A stretch of DNA of 64,000 nucleotides from Thermoanaerobaculia bacterium. Lineage in GTDB: Bacteria; Acidobacteriota; Thermoanaerobaculia; UBA5066. The position numbers were made by a program, and so were the translations under genes. Shown piece after piece: positions 19,177 through 28,702 of the stretch. Positions within the stretch are counted from its first letter, which is position 1; each line of letters begins with the position of its first letter. Under the pieces are notes generated by a model, which was given only the letters and a program-made list of their open reading frames with translations, was not told where the DNA came from and made no database searches. The stretch is taken from positions 160,001-224,000 of the forward strand of contig CAVRAY010000001.1 of NCBI GenBank assembly GCA_963719225.1. Direction: 5' to 3'.

Positions 19177-20751
19177 GTGAGAAGAGACCGGCGACGTCGC
19201 GAAGCTTGGGCGTGGGCATCGTTACTCCTCTGCCTCGGCGCCCTGCATGCGGATGCGCGTACGGCCCGTCGGAAGAGGTCCAGACCCCCTCGCCTCGGGA
19301 TCAGCGCCGCGGTGGTGAACGACGCGTCGAAAGCGCCGCGTCTCGCTCCGTCCGCGGCTCCCGGCGCCTCCGTCCTCAGGGCCCAGATCCTTCTCGACCG
19401 TGCACGCTTTTCACCGGGCGAGATCGACGGCCGCTACGGCGCCAACACGCGGCGGGCGGTCGCGGCCTTCAACGACGCGCATCGGCTCGAGGGAGGGGAG
19501 ACGGTGACGGCTCAGACGTGGCCCGTCCTGAACCGGGATGAAGCGCCGGCCGTCGTGCGCTACGTGCTTGCCCCGGAGGACGTCGCGGGCCCCTTCGAGA
19601 AGATCCCGAAGGATACGCTCGACAAGGCGAAGCTTCCTGGGCTGGGGTTCGAGTCGCCGCTCGAGGGGCTCGGCGAGAGGTTCCATGCGAGTCCCCGGCT
19701 GCTTCGTCTGCTGAACCCCGGCGCCGCCTTCGACCGTGCCGGAGTCGAGATCCAGGTTCCGAACGTCGAGAGGCCGCCGCTCCAGAGGGCGCGCGGCATG
19801 AGCGTTCGGGTGAGCGAACGGGATCGTTCCGTGGAGGTGCTCGGAGCGGACGGGAGCCTGATCGCCCGGTATCCCGCGTCGGTCGGGAGCCGCCACGATC
19901 CTCTCCCGGTCGGCAGATGGAAGATCAAGGGCGTGAGGTTCAACCCGGACTTCCACTACAACCCCAAGCTCTTCTGGGATTCCGAGCCGGGTGACGAGAA
20001 GGCGAAGCTGCCGCCGGGGCCGAACAACCCCGTGGGCTCGGTCTGGATCGACATGTCCAAGCCGCACTACGGGATTCACGGCACGCCCGAGCCGTCGACC
20101 GTAGGGCGGACGGCGTCGCACGGGTGCATCCGGCTGACGAACTGGGACGCGCTCGAGCTCGGCCGGCTGGTCTCGCCGGGGACGGCGGCAATGCTCGAGA
20201 AGGAGCGGACCATCTCGCCGGCGCGGTCCCTGAACGCGCCGGCGGCGACCCCGTCACCGGCGCCGACCCCACCCCCGGCGGCCCGGAGCGCGGATCCCGC
20301 GAGAGGCGCTCCGGCTCCGGGCGAGCTCTCGATGCCCGTCGCGAACGTCGATCCACGCACCCTGCACGACGACTTCGCGGAGACGCGAGGGGGCGCACGC
20401 CGGCACGAGGCGCTCGACATCCTCGCACCGCGCGGAACGCCGGTGCTCGCCGCGCACGACGGGATCGTGAGGAAGCTCTTCACGAGCGAGCCGGGCGGCC
20501 TGACCGTCTACGAGTTCGACCTGGACGAGCGGTACTGCTCCTACTACGCGCATCTCGACGGCTACGCGCCCGGGCTTCACGAAGGCCAGCGGCTCAAGAG
20601 GGGCGACCTCGTCGGCTACGTGGGAACGACCGGCAACGCGCCGAAGAACACGCCTCACCTCCACTTCGCCGTCAGTGTGCTCGGGCCCGACAAAGGCTGG
20701 TGGACCGGGACGCCGATCGACCCCTACCCGCTCCTCGTCAAGACTCGCTGA
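19177..20751 (+). CDS. L,D-transpeptidase (YkuD) with PG-binding domain fused to M23 peptidase
   Basis: YGIHGT..SHGCIRL; HEALD, YAHL, HLHF; Pro/Ala linker. Confidence 0.85.
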   Translation: MRRDRRRREAWAWASLLLCLGALHADARTARRKRSRPPRLGISAAVVNDASKAPRLAPSAAPGASVLRAQILLDRARFSPGEIDGRYGANTRRAVAAFNDAHRLEGGETVTAQTWPVLNRDEAPAVVRYVLAPEDVAGPFEKIPKDTLDKAKLPGLGFESPLEGLGERFHASPRLLRLLNPGAAFDRAGVEIQVPNVERPPLQRARGMSVRVSERDRSVEVLGADGSLIARYPASVGSRHDPLPVGRWKIKGVRFNPDFHYNPKLFWDSEPGDEKAKLPPGPNNPVGSVWIDMSKPHYGIHGTPEPSTVGRTASHGCIRLTNWDALELGRLVSPGTAAMLEKERTISPARSLNAPAATPSPAPTPPPAARSADPARGAPAPGELSMPVANVDPRTLHDDFAETRGGARRHEALDILAPRGTPVLAAHDGIVRKLFTSEPGGLTVYEFDLDERYCSYYAHLDGYAPGLHEGQRLKRGDLVGYVGTTGNAPKNTPHLHFAVSVLGPDKGWWTGTPIDPYPLLVKTR

Positions 20752-20771
20752 TCGCCGCGATGCAGGGCCCG

Positions 20772-21010
20772 TCACGTCATCTTCTCCTCGACGCTCCTGA
20801 CCTTGTCCTCGAGCGACTGGACCTTGTCCGTTCGCGTCCCGACGCGGAGCGTGGCGCTCACGCGCGGTACGCCCATGTCGTGCAACACCTCGTGGCACCG
20901 CCGTACGGCGGCGAATACCTCATCCCAATCGCCTTCGATGTTCGTGCCGTTGGCGTGGAGCGCCGTCTTCAGGCCGGCCTCCTTGAGAACGCGCTCGCAC
21001 TCAGCGACGC
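20772..21010 (-). pseudogene. MTH1187/YkoF thiamine-binding protein, 5'-truncated
   Basis: LHANGTNIEGDWDEVF..CHE..GTRTDK; expected N-terminal segment absent. Confidence 0.7.
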
Positions 21011-21316
21011 CTCGACAAGGACAGGCCAACCCCGATCTTCGGAGAGGACACGGATGTGCGCGCCGAGCCCCTGCCGCGGCCCGCCGGAAATCGCGCGCGC
21101 ATGAGATTCCAGGTCACACCCGCGGACGCCGCCGTCTACGTCGACGACCGGTACCTCGGACCGGGCGAGGACCTCAGCGCGAACGCGCGTGGCGTCGTCA
21201 CGCAGCCAGGCACGCACACGATTACCGTCGCGCGTCCCGGCTACAAGCCGAAAACCGTCGACGTCACCGCCCACATCGGCGCCCCCGTGGACGTCGTCGT
21301 GGACCTCGAGAAGTAA
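21011..21316 (+). pseudogene. C-terminal PEGA-domain fragment
   Basis: VTPADAAVYVDDRYLG...PGTHTITVARPGY; no convincing start or signal peptide. Confidence 0.6.
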
Positions 21317-21347
21317 GCGGGCTCCGTCCCCCGGGCCCGCCTTCATC

Positions 21348-21770
21348 CTAGAAGACCGCGGTACTCCGGCGGAAGGGAACAAGTTGGCGGATGCGGCTGT
21401 CCCGCAGGTACAGGCCGCCCCATGCGAGAATTCCCATGACCAGCGGAATCGCCGCCCGCGCCGTGTCTGCGACTCGTAAGTGAGTCGCCACCGCGCCGCC
21501 GAGATAGCCGGTCATCACGATTGCGGCGAGGACAGACGTCTGCGGGACAAGGTAGAGCACCACCAGGGCACATTCCGCGGTGACGATGGGAACGATGGCC
21601 GATTCGGGATAGCCGTAACCCGCAACGATTTCGGCCACCGCGTTCGTGTGGTGGGTCGCCCTGAACCAGGCGCTGCTCAGCAGCTGCGCGACCACGACAA
21701 AGGAAAGGAGCCGGCCGGTCCAGAGCCTCCAGCGGGGAATGGAGACGTTGCGGGCGGTTTCAGGAGACAT
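21348..21770 (-). CDS. DoxX family membrane protein
   Basis: LYLVPQTSVLAAIVMTGYLGGAVATH, WGGLYLRD. Confidence 0.85.
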   Translation of the reverse strand: MSPETARNVSIPRWRLWTGRLLSFVVVAQLLSSAWFRATHHTNAVAEIVAGYGYPESAIVPIVTAECALVVLYLVPQTSVLAAIVMTGYLGGAVATHLRVADTARAAIPLVMGILAWGGLYLRDSRIRQLVPFRRSTAVF

Positions 21771-21803
21771 CGGACCCTCCGCGCTTCGGGTTGTTGTGAC
21801 GCG

Positions 21804-22370
21804 TCAAGGCTGCGGGGCGTTGTTCGGCCAACCGGGAGTCTCAACGCCGAACTGCTTTGCGTACTCGGCGTTCAATCGCTGCCAGCCGCCGAACTTCAGG
21901 GCGTCGGCGCCGACGATTCGTCCGATGGGCTGACCGGCGAGGAGCCGATCCAGCACATCGAAGCAGATGTGCCAGCCCGCAGCGCCCATCGAGATGAAGC
22001 CACGGTCGATCTTGTGCCAGAGCGTGAGGCGCGTGCCGTCGCCGAGCGGTTCGAGCTCCCAGCGGAGGTCGTTGCCGCCCCAGTCGTACTCGAGGAGACG
22101 CGGCGCCTCGGCCGTTTTCACGTTCGTCTCGGAAACTTGCGGGGCGGGCGTCCCGACCGTCGTGAGCTTCACGGGCGCGCTCGTGTCGAGGTTCCGATCG
22201 GCGTCGAACGGGGCCCACTCGCGAAGGTGCGCCGGATCCGTCAGCGCCTGCCAGACCCGCGCCGGCGGATGACGGAGATCGCGGACGAGGACGAGCGTCC
22301 ACTTGTCCCCTTCCTTTCGCACTTCGGCTCCGGCCGCGGGGCCGGGCGCGTAATTCTCGCGGCTGCTCAT
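21804..22370 (-). CDS. SRPBCC/AHSA1 domain protein
   Basis: LRHPPARVWQALTDP, APRLLEYDW, AGWHICFD. Confidence 0.85.
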   Translation of the reverse strand: MSSRENYAPGPAAGAEVRKEGDKWTLVLVRDLRHPPARVWQALTDPAHLREWAPFDADRNLDTSAPVKLTTVGTPAPQVSETNVKTAEAPRLLEYDWGGNDLRWELEPLGDGTRLTLWHKIDRGFISMGAAGWHICFDVLDRLLAGQPIGRIVGADALKFGGWQRLNAEYAKQFGVETPGWPNNAPQP

Positions 22371-22699
22371 CGCTTCTTTCCTTTCCCGGATGTCCTTTCC
22401 ATCCGATCGAGATGGCGTTCGAGCGCATCGACGTGGGCCGACCAGAAGCGCCGGAAGGGCGCCAGCCAGGCGTCGACCTCCCGGAGCGGCTCGGGCCGGA
22501 GCCGATAGACGCGGCGCTGGGCGTCGACGCGCGCCTCGACGAAGCCGGCCTCGCGCAGCACGCGGAGGTGCTTGGACACGGAGGTCTGGGGCATTCGCAG
22601 CCGGCGCTCGATCTCGCCGACGGAGCGCTCCGACGTCGCCAGCAGACTGAGGATCGACCGGCGGTTCGGCTCGGCGATGATCGTGAACGTTGCGTCCAT
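22367..22699 (-). CDS. ArsR/SmtB family regulator
   Basis: AEPNRRSIL, SKHLRVLREAG, QRRVY; ATG at 22699. Confidence 0.9.
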   Translation of the reverse strand: MDATFTIIAEPNRRSILSLLATSERSVGEIERRLRMPQTSVSKHLRVLREAGFVEARVDAQRRVYRLRPEPLREVDAWLAPFRRFWSAHVDALERHLDRMERTSGKGKKR

Positions 22700-22705
22700 G
22701 GATTT

Positions 22706-22743
22706 AATATACGCATCAGTGCATATGCCTGTCAAGGCATATG
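22706..22743 (-). promoter_or_regulatory. promoter and palindromic operator of the arsR-SRPBCC-doxX unit
   Basis: Minus strand TTGACA (22730-22735), 18 bp, TATATT, 6 nt before ATG; CATATGCC/GGCATATG palindrome flanks the -35. Confidence 0.65.
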
Positions 22744-22834
22744 AATGCGGCCTCTCCCGGCCGCGCGACGCGGGGAGCACGATGAGGCCGAGGACACTGG
22801 TTCGAAGAACTGCGCCGACGGTGAAGTCGTTCGC

Positions 22835-23557
22835 CTACCCCTCGAACGTCTCCGCGAGCGCCCGGAGGAGCGCGGCGCCGTCGCCCGCGAACGCGCTCCC
22901 GTGCATGCAGGCCAGCGTGGTGGGCGCGAGAGCGGAGAACCGGAGCAACGACTCCCTCGTCCCCTTCGCCTGGGACCAGTAATCGATCGCGCCGCGAAAC
23001 GCCTGGCTGGGCCCGAGCACGTCGTCCGTCGTGAGAGCCACAGTGCCGGGGCCGGGCTGCGTGAAGAGGTCGCCGCATAACAGGGTCCGCGTGGTCTCGT
23101 CCATCAGATACCCGCACTCCCAGCCGTGCGGCACGTGCGGCGCGTCGATCCACCGGAGCACGGTGCGGCCGATCGTGAGCGGCTCCCCATCCGCGAGCGC
23201 GCGCGGCGGCTTGTCCATGCCGTCCGCGTTGATCATCGCGTTGACGCGTCCACACAGCGGTTCGGCGTGCGGCGCCGCTTTCAGGAACTCGTTGAGCGCC
23301 CCGCACTCGTCGCTCTCCCAGTGTGAGAAACCGATCCAGCGGAGGCGCTCTACGGGGAGCACGGTCGCGATCGCCTCTGTGACGAGCGGGAACAGGGAGC
23401 GCCCGCCCGTGTGGAAGAGCAACGGCTGCTCGTCGACCAGCAGGTACTGATTGAAGCTGAAGGCGCCGCCCGGTATCCGGACCGGCGTGTTGATGCGATA
23501 GAAGCCGGCCCCGACCTCGTGGATGTTCGTTCCGCTGGCGGCATTCGTCACGGGCAT
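22835..23557 (-). CDS. metallo-beta-lactamase-fold (FprA/ODP-like di-iron) protein
   Basis: SHWESDECG, PHVPHGW, CGDLF, CMHG; RBS GAGGAG. Confidence 0.8.
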   Translation of the reverse strand: MPVTNAASGTNIHEVGAGFYRINTPVRIPGGAFSFNQYLLVDEQPLLFHTGGRSLFPLVTEAIATVLPVERLRWIGFSHWESDECGALNEFLKAAPHAEPLCGRVNAMINADGMDKPPRALADGEPLTIGRTVLRWIDAPHVPHGWECGYLMDETTRTLLCGDLFTQPGPGTVALTTDDVLGPSQAFRGAIDYWSQAKGTRESLLRFSALAPTTLACMHGSAFAGDGAALLRALAETFEG

Positions 23558-23646
23558 GCGTCTCTCCTCGGCGGGAGAGTACCGAAAGGGGCGGCTCCCC
23601 CAAGCGAGTTCAGAGATCTGACGGCCCGCTGTTCTAGGATAGGAAC

Positions 23647-24072
23647 ATGAAGAAGTCGGGCGCGAGCGAGGGTCAGCCGGCATCGGAGCTGATCTCTGAC
23701 CGAATCGCCGAACTCGGGGATTGGCGCGGGGAAACCCTCGCCAGAATGCGCAAGCTCATCAAGGAAGCGGCCCCGGACGTCGTCGAGGAGTGGAAGTGGG
23801 GCATTCCGGTCTGGTCGCACGGCGGGATCATCTGCACCGGCGAAACGTACAAAAAGGTCGTGAAGCTCACGTTCGCCAAGGGGGCCGGTATCCCGGATCC
23901 GTCGCGGCTCTTCAACTCCAGCCTGGGCGGCAACACGCGAAGGGCGATCGACATCCCGGAAGGGGAGAAGGTCGACGCGCGCGCGTTCAAGGCGCTCGTG
24001 AAGGCCGCCGTGGCCATGAACGGCCCGCCAGCGAAAAAGCCGGCGACGAAGAAGCCGTCGACAAAGAAGTAG
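23647..24072 (+). CDS. DUF1801 (YdhG-like) protein
   Basis: DWRGETL, EEWKWG.PVW, LFNSSL.GNTRRAID. Confidence 0.85.
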   Translation: MKKSGASEGQPASELISDRIAELGDWRGETLARMRKLIKEAAPDVVEEWKWGIPVWSHGGIICTGETYKKVVKLTFAKGAGIPDPSRLFNSSLGGNTRRAIDIPEGEKVDARAFKALVKAAVAMNGPPAKKPATKKPSTKK

Positions 24073-24076
24073 ACCC

Positions 24077-25687
24077 TTACGGCCGCCGCTTCCCGCGCTT
24101 TCGCTTTCGAACGGAGAGCGGCGCCACGGGGATGCTCGCCTCGATCGCCACGCCGGGCCGGCGCCCCGACCCCGTCAGGTGCGCGCGGCGGAAGCGGATC
24201 GTCCGGCCGTCCTTCTCGAACTGGTCGTCGTTGATCCTGACGAGGCCTCCACGCTCCAGGGCGCCGAGGAGATCCTCGAAGAGCCGCCGCTCCATCGCGG
24301 GGAACTGCTCCACGACCTCGCGATGCAGCTGCCCGGTCGTCTGCCCGTCCCGCCTGCGAAGAAGCTCGAGAGCGCGCCTCAGCGCGGCCTCCTCCATCGC
24401 GGTCGGCGCGCGCAGCGCCGTGGCGACCCCTGCCGAGGGGGCGCACGAATCGCAGATGCCGCAGCGTGCGCCCGAGTCCTCCTGGTCGCCGAAGTGCCGT
24501 ACGAGCTGGAGCATCCGGCACGCCGAGCCCTCGGCGAAGCGGCGCATGAGATCGAGCTGGGTCCTGCGATGCTCGCGCTGCTCCTCTTCCGACCCCGACA
24601 AGACCCGGTCTTCCGGGTAGTCGCGCTCGAGGAAGAACTCGTGCGTGCGCGCGTCGCCGTACGAGTGGAGGAGGATCGCCCGCGACGGGAGGCCGTCCCG
24701 TCCGGCGCGCCCGATCTCCTGGTAGTACCCTTCGACGCTCGCGGGAAGCCCGGTGTGGATGACGGTCCTCACGTTCGCCTTGTCGATCCCCATCCCGAAC
24801 GCGATCGTCGCCACGATGACCTCGGCGCTCCCGTCCAGGAAGCGACGTTGCACGTCGTCCCGCTGCAGCGCCGTCATTCCCGCGTGGTAAGCCACCGCTT
24901 TCACCCTGGCCGGGAGCTCGTCGGCAAGAGACGTCGCCTCGCGCCGAGTCGGCGTGTAAACGATTGCCGGTAGCCGTGCCGAGTCGGCGAGCACGTCGCG
25001 CACGAGCTCGGCGCGCCGGCTCGGGGGCGCCTCGGTCACCTCGACCGCGATGTTCGTCCGCCGGAAGCCGTGGATGAAACGGCGGCCATTCGTCATGCCC
25101 AGCTGAAGGGCGATGTCGTCCTGCACGCGCGGCGTGGCCGTGGCGGTGAGGGCGATGACCGGCGCGGGGCGCAGCAAGGGGAGACGCGCTCCGAGCAGCC
25201 GGTAGTCGGGTCTGAAATCGTGCCCCCACTGGGAGATGCAATGCGCTTCGTCCACGGCCACGAGCGAGGGCGTGCGCCTCGCGAGCATCTCGGGAAAGCC
25301 CTGCACCGAGAGCCGCTCGGGCGCGATGAAGAGGAAGTCGAGCGTGCCGCCCAGGTAGTCACGGCAGACCTGGCGCGAGACGACGCGGTCGATGCCCGAG
25401 TGGATCCGCTCGGCGACGAGCCCGAGCGCGCGGAGTTTGGCGACCTGGTCCTCCATCAGGGCGATGAGCGGCGAGACGACGAGCGTGGTACCGGCCCGGG
25501 CCAGCCCGGGGAGCTGATAGCACAACGACTTCCCCGCGCCCGTCGGCATCACGAGGAGCGCGTCACGTCCCTCCGCCACGGTCCGGCAGACGGCCTCCTG
25601 GAAGGGGCGGAACGCGCCGTGCCCGAAGACGCGCTCGAGAAGCGGGCCGAGCCGGTCGCCGGCGGGCCGGTCTTCGTGATCGTTCAG
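24077..25687 (-). CDS. recQ: RecQ family DNA helicase (start uncertain)
   Basis: MPTGAGKS, VVSPLIALM, VDEAHC, ATIAFGMGIDK, QEIGRAGRDG, Cys-rich Zn site; no HRDC domain evident. Confidence 0.85.
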   Translation of the reverse strand: MNDHEDRPAGDRLGPLLERVFGHGAFRPFQEAVCRTVAEGRDALLVMPTGAGKSLCYQLPGLARAGTTLVVSPLIALMEDQVAKLRALGLVAERIHSGIDRVVSRQVCRDYLGGTLDFLFIAPERLSVQGFPEMLARRTPSLVAVDEAHCISQWGHDFRPDYRLLGARLPLLRPAPVIALTATATPRVQDDIALQLGMTNGRRFIHGFRRTNIAVEVTEAPPSRRAELVRDVLADSARLPAIVYTPTRREATSLADELPARVKAVAYHAGMTALQRDDVQRRFLDGSAEVIVATIAFGMGIDKANVRTVIHTGLPASVEGYYQEIGRAGRDGLPSRAILLHSYGDARTHEFFLERDYPEDRVLSGSEEEQREHRRTQLDLMRRFAEGSACRMLQLVRHFGDQEDSGARCGICDSCAPSAGVATALRAPTAMEEAALRRALELLRRRDGQTTGQLHREVVEQFPAMERRLFEDLLGALERGGLVRINDDQFEKDGRTIRFRRAHLTGSGRRPGVAIEASIPVAPLSVRKRKRGKRRP

Positions 25688-25701
25688 ATCTCCGCCGGAC
25701 G

Positions 25702-28215
25702 TCAGGGCTTCGCCGCGGCCGCCGCCTTCGGCTCGGCGGCCGTCCCGCGCGGCTGCGCCTTCTTGACGTACGTGTCGAACCAGCGCAGCTCCTCGTACGC
25801 GAGCTGCTCGTTGGACTCCATCGACGCGTACCAGTGCGGCTCGTGCGGCAGCATCACGAGGCGCGCCGTGCCGCCGTTTCCGCGGATCGCTTCGTAGAGC
25901 TTCACGGCCTGGAGCGGCGTCGTCCCCGGGTTCGCGTCGTCGGCGCCGTGCATGATCAGGAGCGGAAGCTTGATCTTGTCCGCGAAGAAGAACGGCGAGA
26001 CCTGAAGGTAGACGCTCTGGCCCTTCCACACGGAGCGGCGCTCGTTCTGGAACCCGAACGGCGTGAGCGTCTTGTTGTACGAGCCGCTCGTCGCGACGCC
26101 GGCGCGGAAGAGGTCGGTATGGGCGATCAGATTCGCCGTCATCAGCGCGCCGTGGCTGTGTCCGGTGACGCCGATGCGCTCGCGATCGACGATCCCCGTG
26201 CCGACGGCGGTGTCGACGGCCGCGCGCGCGTCCTCGACGAGCTGCTCGAGGTACGTGTCGTACGCCTTCCTCGGATCGCCGACGATCGGGAACGCGGCGT
26301 TGTCGATGATGGCGTATCCGGAAAGGAGCAGCAGGCGGTAATCGGCGAGGCGCGTGAACTCCCGCTCCGAGCCGGTGATCTGCCCGGCCGTCGCGGTGCT
26401 CGCGTAGTCGAGCGGGTACGCGTAGAGGATCGCCGGGATACGCGTGCCCTCCTGGTAGCCGGGAGGCGTGAGCAGCCGGAACGAGAGCGGCGTGCCGTCC
26501 TTGCGCGCGTACTTGATCAGGCGCTGCTTGACCCCGCGAGCCGCGGGGGTGGGATCCGGGATGTGGGTCACGGCGCGCGTCGTCGACGCGATCGCGGCCT
26601 CGCCGGGTTTCACCGAGGAGAGCGGCCCGCCGAGCGTGCGGAGCATCGCGTTCGGCGGATCCGTCGGCGATTGGTGCCACGTCAGGAACGCACGTGAAGT
26701 GGCGTCGGTGAACGTGAGGAAGGACTCGAGCGCCGTCCAGTCGCTGCGGAAGAGGCGCACGGGCGTGCGCGACTTCAGGTCGAAGCGATCGAGGAACGGG
26801 CGGTCGCCGTCGACCGACGCGCCCCGGCCGCGGAGGAAGATCGCGCCACCCTCCTGACGCACGACGTGCTCCCCGTTCGGCAGCGTCCTCATGACCGGCC
26901 GGCCGGGGTCTTTGTAGCGCTCGTCGCTCGACAAGTCCCACAGGACGTCGGGCTTCGTCGCCGGATGGTCGACGTCGGCGAGAAAAATCCGTCGCCAGTG
27001 CTTGTTCTCGTCGTACTCGTGGAGGAGCGCCACGTCGCGCCGCTCGCTCCAGTCGAAGCCGTCATACCGCTGCTCGGTGCGGGCGATCTCAGCGGCGGTC
27101 CCGCCGAAGGGCGCCCTCAGCATCATGACCTTGTCGCGTGCGGGCACGCTGACGTTCCAGTCGCCGCCGTCGAGCGCCTCGGCCCAGACGAGCGTTGCCG
27201 GTTCGGTCGGACGCCACTCGAAATCGCGCGGGCCGGTCGGCACGCCGGCGATCGGCACGCGGTCTGCGAGGGGCAGCTTCGCGAGCGTTCGGGTCTTGCG
27301 GCCGGCGCGGTCCCAGAGCTCCAGTTCGTGTGCGAAGTTCCCGTACGTCGTGACGTACGAGTACGGCTTGTGGATCGTGGTCACGAGCAGGTTCTCGCCG
27401 TCGGGCGAAGCGTCGACGTCGGTGATGATCGCCGGCTCGCCCAGCGGCGTGATCGCGCCGGAGTCCGCGTCGACGAGGGCGATCTGGCTGGTCGCGTAGT
27501 AGTCGAAGAGGTCCTCGTCGTGCTTGCTCGAGAGCGTGTCGCGCGTCTCGTAGGTACTGCTCTCGCCCTTCTCGCCTTCCGTCTCCTGGATGCTCGGGCC
27601 GACCGATGCGGCCGAGTCCGCGGGCGGGGGCCCCGAATTCGCCGGCACGAGCTTCACGAGGAGCGTCTTCTGGTCGGGCATCCACTGCAGCGAGCTCCCC
27701 AGCATCGGATTCAGCCGGGCGCCGCCGAAACGCCGGATCGCGCCGGTTTTGGCGTCGCAGATCCACGGTTCGACGGAATCCTTCGAGGTGTTTCGGAACG
27801 CGAACCGCCGCCCGTCGGCCGCCCATGCGAAACCGTCCACGCAGCCGTCCGGCGGCAGCGTCACCGGGGTCTCGCGGCTGCTGGAAACCTCGACGAGGGT
27901 CAGCGTCTGCGCGCAGGGCGCGATTCCGTAACCGCCGGGAGTGTCGTGCTTGCGCCGCGTCCGCGGCTCGACGCGCACGCCCGCGAGCCTGAGGAACGGC
28001 TCGGCGACCTGAGCGATCGGCGGGTACCTGACCCACGAGACGAGAAGAATCCGGTCGTCCGTCGGGCTCACATAAGGACTCGGCGGCGAAGGCGCATGCA
28101 GGACGTCGAGGACGTTCTGCGGCGGCTTGTCGTAGCCCGATCTCGCCGGGAGCGCCGCGGCCACGTGCAAGGCGAGGGCCGCAAAGAACGTGACGCGGGC
28201 GGAGCGTGAACGCAC
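25702..28215 (-). CDS. S9 family (prolyl oligopeptidase / glutamyl endopeptidase-like) peptidase, exported
   Basis: Signal peptide; GHSHG nucleophile, HGADD, LPHEPH. Confidence 0.88.
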   Translation of the reverse strand: MRSRSARVTFFAALALHVAAALPARSGYDKPPQNVLDVLHAPSPPSPYVSPTDDRILLVSWVRYPPIAQVAEPFLRLAGVRVEPRTRRKHDTPGGYGIAPCAQTLTLVEVSSSRETPVTLPPDGCVDGFAWAADGRRFAFRNTSKDSVEPWICDAKTGAIRRFGGARLNPMLGSSLQWMPDQKTLLVKLVPANSGPPPADSAASVGPSIQETEGEKGESSTYETRDTLSSKHDEDLFDYYATSQIALVDADSGAITPLGEPAIITDVDASPDGENLLVTTIHKPYSYVTTYGNFAHELELWDRAGRKTRTLAKLPLADRVPIAGVPTGPRDFEWRPTEPATLVWAEALDGGDWNVSVPARDKVMMLRAPFGGTAAEIARTEQRYDGFDWSERRDVALLHEYDENKHWRRIFLADVDHPATKPDVLWDLSSDERYKDPGRPVMRTLPNGEHVVRQEGGAIFLRGRGASVDGDRPFLDRFDLKSRTPVRLFRSDWTALESFLTFTDATSRAFLTWHQSPTDPPNAMLRTLGGPLSSVKPGEAAIASTTRAVTHIPDPTPAARGVKQRLIKYARKDGTPLSFRLLTPPGYQEGTRIPAILYAYPLDYASTATAGQITGSEREFTRLADYRLLLLSGYAIIDNAAFPIVGDPRKAYDTYLEQLVEDARAAVDTAVGTGIVDRERIGVTGHSHGALMTANLIAHTDLFRAGVATSGSYNKTLTPFGFQNERRSVWKGQSVYLQVSPFFFADKIKLPLLIMHGADDANPGTTPLQAVKLYEAIRGNGGTARLVMLPHEPHWYASMESNEQLAYEELRWFDTYVKKAQPRGTAAEPKAAAAAKP

Positions 28216-28249
28216 GCCGGAAGCCTAGCATCCTCTATCGTGCCGATCG

Positions 28250-28609
28250 TCAGGAGCCCGGAGATTCCCGGTAGCGTGTCAATGCCCAGACGGCAAGGAT
28301 GGCCACGCCCGCGTCGACGAAAAACGTTCGCGCAGGCGAGCCGGGGCCGGCTCGCAGCAAACGCGGCATGGCGAGCACGAGGACGACTCCGACGACAAGC
28401 TCGACGATCCCATGGATCGGAAAGGGGATCACCTTGACGAGACCAAGAGGAAAGCGCGTGAACAGTGTCATCAGGAGATGGACGACCGCGAGCCCCCATG
28501 AGACGGCCGCCACGTAACCGTTGAGCCCGAAGAGGAATGGCGCGAGAAGGAAGACCGCCACTGTGACGAGATCGAGAAAGCCATGGAGGCGCGCGCTCAG
28601 GACATTCAT
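28250..28609 (-). CDS. SPW-repeat membrane protein
   Basis: LHGFLD..APFLFG..IPFPIHGIVE; four TM segments. Confidence 0.7.
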   Translation of the reverse strand: MNVLSARLHGFLDLVTVAVFLLAPFLFGLNGYVAAVSWGLAVVHLLMTLFTRFPLGLVKVIPFPIHGIVELVVGVVLVLAMPRLLRAGPGSPARTFFVDAGVAILAVWALTRYRESPGS

Positions 28610-28702
28610 GAACTCATTATCGCGCGCGCACGCGAAGCCAGGATCCCGGGAGTAGACTGACCGCGATCACGAGAGCCCGCCGTCGTTTTCGGAGGAGCCT
28701 CC

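Noticed and set aside
24077-26941. Apparent 954-aa RecQ with a long N-terminal extension
   Set aside because: The extension overlaps the S9 peptidase in another frame and reads as shadow sequence.
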